In this document: piece after piece, positions 1 to 8,022 of the stretch
Position numbering within the stretch: position 1 is the first letter of the stretch
How the letters are laid out: each line of letters opens with the position of its first letter
Made by a program: the position numbers and the translations under genes
The notes under the pieces: model-generated
The model's database searches: none
Seen by the model: the letters and a program-made list of their open reading frames with translations, nothing else
Told to the model about the DNA's origin: nothing
Source: an uncultured Bdellovibrionales bacterium
GTDB taxonomy: Bacteria; Patescibacteriota; Minisyncoccia; Moranbacterales; UBA9337
Assembly: GCA_964600645.1 (NCBI GenBank)
Contig: CAZRJL010000003.1
Location: 1-44,961 of the forward strand
Length of the DNA: 44,961 nucleotides
Direction: 5' to 3'

Positions 1-55
1 CACTTATGCTCCGCCCAAGTCTGGCCGCGCCATTATCTAAAACCGAAGCGGAGCG
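1..55. repeat. 55-bp perfect direct repeat, copy 1 (abuts window edge, may extend left)
   Basis: cacttatgctccgcccaagtctggccgcgccattatctaaaaccgaagcggagcg is identical to 225-279. Segment 25-36 (ccgcgccattat) has a perfect 12-bp complement at 65-76. Confidence 0.9.
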
Positions 56-224
56 GAATTTTTCATAATGGCGCGGATAGACGAAGTCTTGAAAAAGACC
101 AAAGGGGAAAGAGGAAAAGAATTTTCCGATTTCTCCGAAAGGATTTTTCAAGATTTGGGCGGGTATATCTTCTGACTATATATTACCACACATTCCAGCC
201 GTCTATCCCGGAGTTATCTGAAGC

Positions 225-279
225 CACTTATGCTCCGCCCAAGTCTGGCCGCGCCATTATCTAAAACCGAAGCGGAGCG
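225..279. repeat. 55-bp perfect direct repeat, copy 2
   Basis: Identical to 1-55; identity ends at position 280 (a versus g at 56). Segment 257-268 (ttatctaaaacc) has a perfect 12-bp complement at 281-292 (ggttttagataa). Confidence 0.9.
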
Positions 280-530
280 AGGTTTTAGATAACTCGTTTA
301 TATGCGAACTTTTTGTTAAATAATGACTAAAATTTGTGTGTTATGCGAAATTTTTGTGTATGATAACTGTTTATCTGTCTATGTAAAAAGTATAGCATAA
401 TTTTATTTCTATGCAATTGCGAGAATTGTTACAAAAAATTAAAATTGAATTGAAACTTCAAAAAGTTATTTTCTAAGTTTAAAAAATAATAGCATTGCGC
501 GGTTTGGATGAATATGTTTTTTTTGAGTAA

Positions 531-725
531 TCCCGAAAGCAAGTTCATAGAGAAAGCAGTGCAAATCATTCGTTCCGGCACAGCTTTGCTGCCCATCTCT
601 TGGAAAACGGGACGGACGTGCGGTATGTGCAAGAACTTTTGGGACATGCTAATATTAAGACAATACAGATTTGCACAAAAGTGATAAATCCAATGTCGAG
701 AAATATTAAAAGTCCATTAGAATAA
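531..725 (+). pseudogene. Tyrosine recombinase (XerC/D / phage-integrase family) C-terminal remnant
   Basis: This frame reads ...[41 protein letters not shown]...*. That matches the conserved H-x-x-R-H-S-F-A-x-H-L-L-E-x-G and LLGH boxes of the family. It is bounded upstream by an in-frame TAA at 528-530 with only AT-rich non-coding sequence before it, and no start codon. The catalytic Tyr position (I-Y-T-H-V) reads I-C-T-K-V. Confidence 0.7.
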
Positions 726-770
726 AAAGTTTTATTTATTTTATTGGCGATTGAATAATTTGGATTTAAT

Positions 771-805
771 TCAAAATTCAAAATTTTAAATTAAAAATTA
801 AAATA
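771..805. repeat. A/T-rich tandem heptamers (tcaaaat x2, tttaaat, taaaaat, taaaata), 3 nt upstream of the comM ATG
   Basis: Strict 7-nt register read directly from the sequence. Confidence 0.8.
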
Positions 806-808
806 AGT

Positions 809-2338
809 ATGCCTTCTAAAATATTTTCGGCGGCGACAATTGGGCTGGATAGTGAAGTGGTTGAGGTGGAAGTAGACGTGCTTTCCGGCGGATTGCATCA
901 GTTTACGATTGTCGGTTTGCCGGACACTTCTATTAAGGAATCGCGCGATCGGGTTTCCAGCGCCATCAAAAACAGCGGATTCAAACCGCCACACCAGTGC
1001 GGTCGAATAACTGTCAATCTGGCTCCGGCGGATTTGCCAAAAATCAGTCCAATTTATGATTTGCCGGTGGCTTTGGGATTTTTGGCGGCGACTAGTCAGC
1101 TTGATTTCGATTTTAGCAAAAAAATATTTGCCGGAGAATTGGCACTGGACGGTAAAATTCGCTCGGTTCAGGGGATTTTGCCAATTGCTCTCATGGCGAA
1201 AGAAAAAGGATTTGAGGAGATTTATGTCCCAAAGTTCAATGCCAAAGAGGCGAGCGTAGTGAAAGGAATAAAAATAATTCCCGTTGATAGTCTTTTTCAA
1301 GTTGCCAATCATTTGATTGGAGAAGATATTGTGAGTGAATTCCCTGCCGCCCAAATCGAAGATTTGTTTTTGGATTACAAAAGCGAATATGATATGGCGG
1401 ATGTCAAAGGGCAACAGCAAGCCAAACGGGCGCTGGAAATTGCCGCCGCCGGCGGGCATAATATCATTCTCAACGGCCCTCCCGGCTCGGGAAAAAGTAT
1501 GCTGGCAAAAACTATGGTTTCCATTTTGCCACGTCTCACAATGAGAGAGGCCCTGGAGGCGACGAAAATTTTTTCCATTTCCGGCAAGCTGAGTAAAGAG
1601 AATCCATTGGTATTGGAGCGTCCGTTCCGGTCTCCGCACCACAGCGCCAGTGCGGTTTCTTTGGTGGGCGGAGGCACATATCCCAAGCCGGGAGAAATCA
1701 GTCTTTCTCATCGCGGAGTTTTGTTTTTAGATGAATTCGCGGAGTTTCCCAAGAATGTGATGGAGAGTTTGCGCCAGCCGTTAGAGGATGGAGTAATCAC
1801 GGTTTCGCGCGCCAAGGGAACATTGAAATTTCCGGCGCAGTTTATTTTAGTAGCGGCGATGAATCCGTGCCCTTGTGGAAATGCGACTGATCCGGGCAAA
1901 CTTTGTTCTTGTACGCCGGCGCAGATATCGAAATATCAAAGAAAAATATCCGGTCCGATTCTGGATCGTATTGATTTGCAAATTGAAGTTCCGCGCCTTG
2001 ATTTTGACAAGCTGGACAATGAAATCAAGGGAGAATCGAGTGTTTCTGTTCGAAAAAGAGTGGAAAGTGCCAGAGAAATTCAAGCAAAAAGATTTGAAAA
2101 ATTGGCAATAATTACCAATAGCGAAATGGGAGCCAAACAAATCAGGGAATTTTGCGTTTTGAATGACGAGTGCAAGGGTCTTTTGCGGGCGGCGGTTGCT
2201 TCAATGGGATTGTCCGCCAGGTCATATTTTCGCTTGATTAAGATTGCTCGGACTATTGCCGATTTGGCCGGTGTTAATATTATTGAAAAAGACCATATCG
2301 CCGAAGCGGTGCAATATCGTTTCAAAACGGATTTGTAG
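809..2338 (+). CDS. comM: Mg-chelatase-like ATPase ComM/YifB
   Basis: 509-aa ORF. N-terminal Lon-S5-like domain (VGLPDTSIKESRDRV), Walker A GPPGSGKS, Walker B VLFLDEF, Cys cluster CPCG...CSC, ChlI-type C-terminus. Confidence 0.9.
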   Translation: MPSKIFSAATIGLDSEVVEVEVDVLSGGLHQFTIVGLPDTSIKESRDRVSSAIKNSGFKPPHQCGRITVNLAPADLPKISPIYDLPVALGFLAATSQLDFDFSKKIFAGELALDGKIRSVQGILPIALMAKEKGFEEIYVPKFNAKEASVVKGIKIIPVDSLFQVANHLIGEDIVSEFPAAQIEDLFLDYKSEYDMADVKGQQQAKRALEIAAAGGHNIILNGPPGSGKSMLAKTMVSILPRLTMREALEATKIFSISGKLSKENPLVLERPFRSPHHSASAVSLVGGGTYPKPGEISLSHRGVLFLDEFAEFPKNVMESLRQPLEDGVITVSRAKGTLKFPAQFILVAAMNPCPCGNATDPGKLCSCTPAQISKYQRKISGPILDRIDLQIEVPRLDFDKLDNEIKGESSVSVRKRVESAREIQAKRFEKLAIITNSEMGAKQIREFCVLNDECKGLLRAAVASMGLSARSYFRLIKIARTIADLAGVNIIEKDHIAEAVQYRFKTDL

Positions 2339-2342
2339 AATT

Positions 2343-3326
2343 ATGAAATTGAAAAATAAGTTTAAAATTATTATAACGGCAGGGATGCTTCTTGGTGTGG
2401 TTTTTGGCGCCAAGCCTTTTTTTTCTGAAGGAGAATCGATACAAGGAAGTATTGAAAGTGAAAAAAAAGTCGTCTGTGATGATGATGGAATGATTTTTGA
2501 AGTACGGACAAAAGCCAAAACTGTCAAAGATTTTTTGAATGAGCAGAAAATCGAAATTGGAGAAAAGGATTATATATCTTTGCCGGCGGAAGCTGTTTTA
2601 TATTCCAATTCCGCGATCTCCATTTCACGTTCCAAAAAAATAACGGTTTTTGATGGCGATAGTAAAAAAGAATATGAAACTTTTTTTTCGGATATGCAGA
2701 GCTTTTTTTGGGATAATGGTATTAAGTTGGCGGAATTTGATATTATCAATCCTGAAATTTCCACCCCGATTTGCGACAAGATGGAAATTGAAATAACCCG
2801 AGTGGAAGTTCGAGAGGAAACAAAAAATGAACCGATAAAATTCAAAACAATCATTGGGGATGATGATGAAGTGGGGTGGCGGCAGGAAAAAGTTATGCAG
2901 AAGGGTGAAAATGGGACAAAAAAAATCACATATAAAGTGGTTTATCACAACAATAAGGAAATTTCCCGTAAAGTTAAAAACAGCGAGGTTGTAAAAGAGC
3001 CGACGGAAGAAATCATCAAAAAGGGAACATATGTGAAAATTGGAAAAGCGCACAAGGGCTTGGCAAGTTGGTACGCGCAGCCTGGTCATCTCAAAGCCGC
3101 TTTTCCGTCGCTTACGGGCTACTACGCTGCCAATCCTTGGCTTCCTAAAGGAAGTTATGTTAAAGTGACTAATAAAATAAGCGGGGATTCGATAATCGCC
3201 AGAATTAATGATAGAGGACCGTTCGGACCGGGAAGGATTATTGATTTGGATAAAGCGGCATTTTCCGCCATCGCTTCGCTTGGGGCGGGAGTGGTTGATG
3301 TAAAAATGGAAGAAATACTGAATTAA
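2343..3326 (+). CDS. Membrane-anchored DUF348/G5 domain protein with C-terminal RlpA-like double-psi beta-barrel (wall lytic transglycosylase-like)
   Basis: ATG at 2343 (MKLKNKFKIIITAGMLLGVVFG, TM anchor) is preferred over the upstream in-frame start that overlaps comM. G5-like segment: EVREETKNEPIKFKT...KKGT. C-terminus GLASWY...VKVTN...ARINDRGPFGPGRIIDLDKAAF is RlpA-like. Confidence 0.75.
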   Translation: MKLKNKFKIIITAGMLLGVVFGAKPFFSEGESIQGSIESEKKVVCDDDGMIFEVRTKAKTVKDFLNEQKIEIGEKDYISLPAEAVLYSNSAISISRSKKITVFDGDSKKEYETFFSDMQSFFWDNGIKLAEFDIINPEISTPICDKMEIEITRVEVREETKNEPIKFKTIIGDDDEVGWRQEKVMQKGENGTKKITYKVVYHNNKEISRKVKNSEVVKEPTEEIIKKGTYVKIGKAHKGLASWYAQPGHLKAAFPSLTGYYAANPWLPKGSYVKVTNKISGDSIIARINDRGPFGPGRIIDLDKAAFSAIASLGAGVVDVKMEEILN

Positions 3327-3408
3327 TTTGAAATTTAAAAGTTGAAATGAATTTTAAATTATAAAATTAAGTAATTAAAAATTGAATAAAAATTTCAAAT
3401 TAAAAATT

Positions 3409-4212
3409 ATGGGTCAAAAATTAGGTCAAAACTTTCTCAAAGATAGGAATATCGTTGATAAAATCCTGCAGTCATCTAATCTTGATAAGGATGATGTGGT
3501 TTTAGAAGTGGGGCCGGGGAAAGGGGTTTTGACGGAAGAATTGGCAAAAAATGTCGGAAAAGTTATTGCGGTGGAAGTTGATGGAAGTTTGTTGGATACA
3601 TTGCGTGATAAATTACGTAATTTTGAGAATATTGAAATTATAAATGAGGATATATTAAAAGTCAGTTTGAGTAAAATTTTACAAGCCAATAAAGCAAAAT
3701 CTTACAAACTTATTGCCAATATTCCTTATTACATTACCTCCAAGATAATCCGACTTTTTTTGGAAGCCGAGAATCCGCCAAGCGAGATGATTTTGATGGT
3801 GCAAAAGGAGGTGGCGGAGCGAATTGTGGCGGAGCCCGGACAGATGAGTATTTTGGCAGCGAGCGTGCAATATTATGCTAAGGCGGAAGTGCTGTTTGAT
3901 GTTCCGCGAACAGCTTTTGATCCGGTGCCGGAAGTGGATAGTGCTGTTATAAGAATAATAAGACACAAGGAACCCTCCTCACCGGCGGGCAGGCAAAAAA
4001 AAAGAAACAAAGAGGAAATAGATAGGTTTTTTCGGATGGTGAAGGCGGGGTTTTGCGCTCGCAGAAAAACTTTGGTCAATAATCTTTCCAATAGCTTGCA
4101 TTTGAACAAAAAAGAAGTGGAAGAAAAACTGAAAACAGTCGGTATTTTACCAATCGCAAGAGCGCAAGAATTGTCTATCGAAGATTGGAAAAAACTTTCA
4201 AAAATATTTTAA
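3409..4212 (+). CDS. rsmA: 16S rRNA (adenine1518/1519-N6)-dimethyltransferase
   Basis: MGQKLGQNFL N-terminus, SAM-binding VLEVGPGKGVLT, NIPYYITS motif, ARRKTL motif. ATG 3409 is preferred over TTG 3382. Confidence 0.9.
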   Translation: MGQKLGQNFLKDRNIVDKILQSSNLDKDDVVLEVGPGKGVLTEELAKNVGKVIAVEVDGSLLDTLRDKLRNFENIEIINEDILKVSLSKILQANKAKSYKLIANIPYYITSKIIRLFLEAENPPSEMILMVQKEVAERIVAEPGQMSILAASVQYYAKAEVLFDVPRTAFDPVPEVDSAVIRIIRHKEPSSPAGRQKKRNKEEIDRFFRMVKAGFCARRKTLVNNLSNSLHLNKKEVEEKLKTVGILPIARAQELSIEDWKKLSKIF

Positions 4213-4214
4213 TG

Positions 4215-5876
4215 TTAAATAAAAGTGATTTTTATCAAGATTAGTCCGTAGAAAACCACAGGGAGCATTATCCACCATGGAAGGTTGCGGTGGTTTATTT
4301 TTTTTGTTTGATCGGACGAAGAATAATTGACCAACCAAAAAGAAATTCCGCCGAATAAAATCGCCCACCAAAACAAACTCAATTCATTGAGAAAAAATAC
4401 GCTCAGAATGTAGGAAATCAAAATTCCCGCGCCGACAATGATTTTCCCCCAGTACTCTCCAAAAACAACCGGAATAGTGAAAACCCCATCTTCTTTGTCG
4501 CCATTGATGTCTTTGAAATCCTTAATAGGCAAAGATAGTGCGTAGGCGATAAAAAGAAGCCAGATTATTTCCGATGGAAGGTGGGAAATATCTTGCTGTG
4601 GCGAAACCAAAATAAATCCGGAAAATAAAATAAGAAGTGATGCCAGCGCGCTTACGGCAGTGGAAATGAAAGCGAAACGCTTGAGGCGCAAAGGAAAAGC
4701 GGAATATGTCCATGCGATTGCTTGGTAAACAATCAAAAGAAGGGCGATTTTAAAGTTGATAATCGTGGAAAAAAATACAGAGGCGACAAAAAGAGCAACT
4801 CCAATAGATAAATATTGCTTCAGAGAGAAGATGCCTTTTGTAAGCGGACGGCTTGAATTTGAAATAGCATCTATTTTTTGGTCAAAAACATCATTAAAGA
4901 CAACCGAGGCTGTCCATGCAAACGATATGGAGAATAGAAGTAAAATCAGAGAAAGAACATTAAAAAAGGAAAAAAATAAAATTGGTTTTGTAAAAATAAT
5001 CCCTAAACCTGCTCCAAAAAGAAACAATCCAAAGTGGTAAAATATTTGCGGCAAGCGAACATTATTCAGAAAGGACGTAAGTTTTTGTTTGTTTGTATAA
5101 AAGTAAAATACAAAAGTAATAACAATTAGCAAGAGTGAATATATGATACTCATTTTTATATTCAGGGCGCTGATCAATTCAGCATTGTTGGTTGTTGAAA
5201 AAATATTCGCCGGAGTTAAAAACATTTGAGCGATGTCGGTGGAATTTATGTCGGTGAATCTCTTTGACCATCCTTGTGTTGCAATTGTGATCCATGAAGG
5301 AAATGTTCCAAGAATAAAAAAAGCCGCATAGGAAGATAGGGTTAACAAGAAGGCTTTTATTATTTTTTTAGTCTTAGCAAGACCATAAATAAAGATGAAA
5401 AAGAGTGAAATAGCCACTTCGATTCTCACTCCATAAGTAATTCCCATTTGAGGATTATCGCCGAAAAAAGTGAAAAATCTTTGCGTCATTCCGGATAGGC
5501 TGTCAAAAATATAGAAACTCCAGAATCCTCGTCCGTCGGAAATTATGAAATCTATTATTGGCGGAGTTAATAATATTAAAAATCCCCACGATAAAATATT
5601 GGATATTTTTTTAATTTCAATTGTAGCAAACATTCTTATTATCCAAATAAATACCAGAAAGGAAATCAAAAAAAACAAAAAAGTGTGTGTGAATTCGAAA
5701 AATAAAAATTTTCCGGAAGTGTTGGCGAATCCGCGCAAAAAAGCTTCCGTAAAAAGACGGAGAGCGATCAAAGAGAGAAAGAAAGCGGAAAAACTTAGCG
5801 CATTTGTTTGTGTGTTTTCAATGCCGATTATTATTTTTTTGACTTGTTTTAACATATTTTTACTTAAAATTAGCAT
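4215..5876 (-). CDS. UbiA-family prenyltransferase domain fused to an extra N-terminal polytopic membrane domain
   Basis: 553-aa all-membrane ORF. The C-terminal half carries NDVFDQKIDAISNSSRPL (N/DxxxD type) and DFKDINGDKEDG (second Asp-rich motif). The N-terminal ~300 aa are additional TM helices with no motif I recognise. Confidence 0.65.
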   Translation of the reverse strand: MLILSKNMLKQVKKIIIGIENTQTNALSFSAFFLSLIALRLFTEAFLRGFANTSGKFLFFEFTHTFLFFLISFLVFIWIIRMFATIEIKKISNILSWGFLILLTPPIIDFIISDGRGFWSFYIFDSLSGMTQRFFTFFGDNPQMGITYGVRIEVAISLFFIFIYGLAKTKKIIKAFLLTLSSYAAFFILGTFPSWITIATQGWSKRFTDINSTDIAQMFLTPANIFSTTNNAELISALNIKMSIIYSLLLIVITFVFYFYTNKQKLTSFLNNVRLPQIFYHFGLFLFGAGLGIIFTKPILFFSFFNVLSLILLLFSISFAWTASVVFNDVFDQKIDAISNSSRPLTKGIFSLKQYLSIGVALFVASVFFSTIINFKIALLLIVYQAIAWTYSAFPLRLKRFAFISTAVSALASLLILFSGFILVSPQQDISHLPSEIIWLLFIAYALSLPIKDFKDINGDKEDGVFTIPVVFGEYWGKIIVGAGILISYILSVFFLNELSLFWWAILFGGISFWLVNYSSSDQTKKINHRNLPWWIMLPVVFYGLILIKITFI

Positions 5877-6036
5877 TTATTTTTGCATATGTCTAGGAAT
5901 ATGAAAATTTTTGTGGTATAATTTCAGTGTTCAATGATGTTGGTTGCTTGCGTGTATTGCAAACGATGATAAAATGATATCAATGGGGCGTTAAAATATT
6001 TTTTAGCCGCACAGATTTAAGAAAAATAAAATAAAA

Positions 6037-7026
6037 ATGAAGTCAAAAAATATACTTTCTCCGCTGTTTGTGTTTTTAATTATTGTTGTTTTTGGTTTTT
6101 CTTTTTTTGCTTTTGCGGACGAAAACAATAATAAAAAAAGTATCTTTCTGGATTCGGATCAGGATGGGCTTAGTGATCAAGAAGAGCAATCATATGGAAC
6201 CGATTCAAACAAGGCCGATACGGATGGCGACGGATATTCCGACGGAGTGGAGCTGAATGGCGGTTATGATCCACTAAAACCTGCTCCCGGGGATAAAATC
6301 CTAAATGATAGCGAGGATGTCAAAATGGCAGAAGGCGTTGGTGGAGAGCAGGATCTTGCGGAGGAAGAAAACTTGACTGAGGAGCTTTCAAAAGACGTTG
6401 CTGAATTGATTTCTGATGCGAAAGTGAGTGGTGAAGACTTGAGTTTGGCGGACATTGATGATTTGGTCAATACTACCTTAACTTCTAAAATTTCATTTGA
6501 AGATCTTCCTGACATAGATGAGAGCGAGATTAAAATAAAAGAACAAGATTACGATGATCTGAATGAAGATGAACGGAAAGAAAAGGAAAACGAAGATACG
6601 TCGGAGTATTTGACTGCCGTTTCTTATCTGGCATTAAATAATTTTCCTTATCAAATTTCCGAAGAAAAAGATTTGGAGAAGTTTTCTCTTGATTTTGTGT
6701 CGCAATTCTCTCTTTTTCTTTCCGCTTCTTCCGATAGTGAAGAATATTTCAATAATCTGGCGGAAAAAGGTGAAATTTTTCTGGATTCTTTAAAAGAAAT
6801 AGAAGTTCCGGAAAGTTTATTGGAAAATCATATTCAGGGAATGAAACTGGCAAATTATGTGATTTCCATGAAAGGGGAGATGAAGATCGATCAGGCTGAT
6901 CCAGTTTCTTCAATTGTTCAGTTGTCAAAAATTCAAGGATTGATTACTTTAATGGAAGAATATGTACAGGAGATGCATCTCTTGTTTACAACTGCGGGAA
7001 TATCCGAAATTCCCATAGAATTGTAA
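6037..7026 (+). CDS. Secreted/anchored highly acidic protein with thrombospondin type-3-like Ca-binding repeats
   Basis: N-terminal hydrophobic segment LFVFLIIVVFGFSFFAFA. DSDQDGLSDQEE and DTDGDGYSDGVE motifs. Long D/E-rich region. Confidence 0.6.
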   Translation: MKSKNILSPLFVFLIIVVFGFSFFAFADENNNKKSIFLDSDQDGLSDQEEQSYGTDSNKADTDGDGYSDGVELNGGYDPLKPAPGDKILNDSEDVKMAEGVGGEQDLAEEENLTEELSKDVAELISDAKVSGEDLSLADIDDLVNTTLTSKISFEDLPDIDESEIKIKEQDYDDLNEDERKEKENEDTSEYLTAVSYLALNNFPYQISEEKDLEKFSLDFVSQFSLFLSASSDSEEYFNNLAEKGEIFLDSLKEIEVPESLLENHIQGMKLANYVISMKGEMKIDQADPVSSIVQLSKIQGLITLMEEYVQEMHLLFTTAGISEIPIEL

Positions 7027-7037
7027 AATAAAAATAA

Positions 7038-7937
7038 ATGAATAAATATATAAAAGTAAAAATAGTTGTCATCTTTTCTTTGTGCTTTCTTGGTATTTTT
7101 GGAGGTGATTCAGCCCGAGCTTCTTACTGGGGAGAGAATTTTGCCGCCAATGGCGTGCAAATTATGATAGAGGACTTGAAAAGACAAATTAGAGATATAG
7201 GTTTGGGGGCGGAAAAGCAGGCAGCTGCCCAAATGGTTGTTGATCAGGTCGATTCAATATTATCAGGATCTTCAGGTAGAGGATCATTGATAATTCAAGA
7301 TTGGGATGAATATCTTTTTGAAGCTTCAAGGAATAATACCGGTTTGTATATAAATGATTTGATTTCTATCGGTGCGGGCGGTAAAAATTCAAATCTCAAT
7401 TATGTTCCGGCAGGAGGAGATTTTAATTATTCTCATTATTTAGCTGAATATACTAAGGGTCAATTAGGCGTTAGTGGGTCAATAAAAAGAAATTCTTTTA
7501 TTGAAGAGATTGTTGGAGATCCAACTGCTTCTATGACCGGCACTGCCGGCTGGAGGAGGTTTAGCGCTCTTAGGGAGAGTAATCCGATAGGTAATACTTT
7601 GAAAATCCAGTCTGCAATGATAGAAAAACAGAGGCAAGAAGAAAAAAAAGCTGAAATAAAGGCGATTATCGGAGGAGGATATAAAGGTGTTGAAAGTGGT
7701 GGGCAGACAATTACCCCAGGATCAACAGTAAAATCTCTCAAAGATCAGAGTCAAGCCATGAGTTTTAATATTATTTCTTCCGCAAACAGCATCCCCGAAG
7801 TGATTACTTCGGTTATGTCGAGGGTTGTTTTGCAGACATTTCAAAAAGGTGTCGGTTCGGCGCGAAGCAATATAAATAAGGAAGAAAATAGCATCCCTCA
7901 AACTCCAAAACCGTGGGTTAATCCGAATAGTTATTAG
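7038..7937 (+). CDS. Hypothetical secreted protein
   Basis: 299-aa ORF starting 12 nt after the previous stop, with an N-terminal signal-like segment (VVIFSLCFLGIFGG). No motif recognised. Confidence 0.5.
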   Translation: MNKYIKVKIVVIFSLCFLGIFGGDSARASYWGENFAANGVQIMIEDLKRQIRDIGLGAEKQAAAQMVVDQVDSILSGSSGRGSLIIQDWDEYLFEASRNNTGLYINDLISIGAGGKNSNLNYVPAGGDFNYSHYLAEYTKGQLGVSGSIKRNSFIEEIVGDPTASMTGTAGWRRFSALRESNPIGNTLKIQSAMIEKQRQEEKKAEIKAIIGGGYKGVESGGQTITPGSTVKSLKDQSQAMSFNIISSANSIPEVITSVMSRVVLQTFQKGVGSARSNINKEENSIPQTPKPWVNPNSY

Positions 7938-7960
7938 AAAAAATCAATTTTTTCGATATT

Positions 7961-7988
7961 AAAAAACAAGAATCGCTCTTGTTTTTTT
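7961..7988. terminator. Bidirectional rho-independent terminator between convergent genes
   Basis: Stem aacaaga / tcttgtt with loop atcgc, an A-run before and a T-run after. Confidence 0.6.
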
Positions 7989-8022
7989 GATGATTAAGTT
8001 TTTTATATTGAGTTGATTTTCT

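Noticed and set aside
1-279. CRISPR array, or DGR template/variable repeat pair
   Set aside because: Only two repeat copies are present. A 55-nt repeat with a 169-nt spacer is outside CRISPR geometry, and no cas genes are in the window. For a DGR there is no reverse transcriptase nearby and the copies are identical, with no adenine-specific mismatches.
225-292. Integron attC site next to the recombinase remnant
   Set aside because: The palindrome does not carry RYYYAAC / GTTRRRY core sites. The first copy lacks the same downstream arm. The recombinase fragment shows no IntI-specific features that I can see.
408-419. 12-nt match ttctatgcaatt between 408-419 and 37468-37479
   Set aside because: A 12-mer match is expected by chance many times in 45 kb of AT-rich DNA, and the flanks do not align.
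791-1711. Long antisense or alternative-frame ORFs (for example 791-1711 minus, 24876-25439 minus, 35108-35722 minus, 40166-40789 minus, 43623-44579 plus)
   Set aside because: They lie entirely inside well-supported conserved genes on the other strand or frame. They have low-complexity, atypical composition and no initiation signals, so they are shadow ORFs.
3961-4020. G+C-rich patch in rsmA (encodes PSSPAGRQKKRNKE) as a foreign insert
   Set aside because: It is a short single occurrence with no repeat or hairpin structure, and it lies in a linker that varies in length among KsgA homologues.
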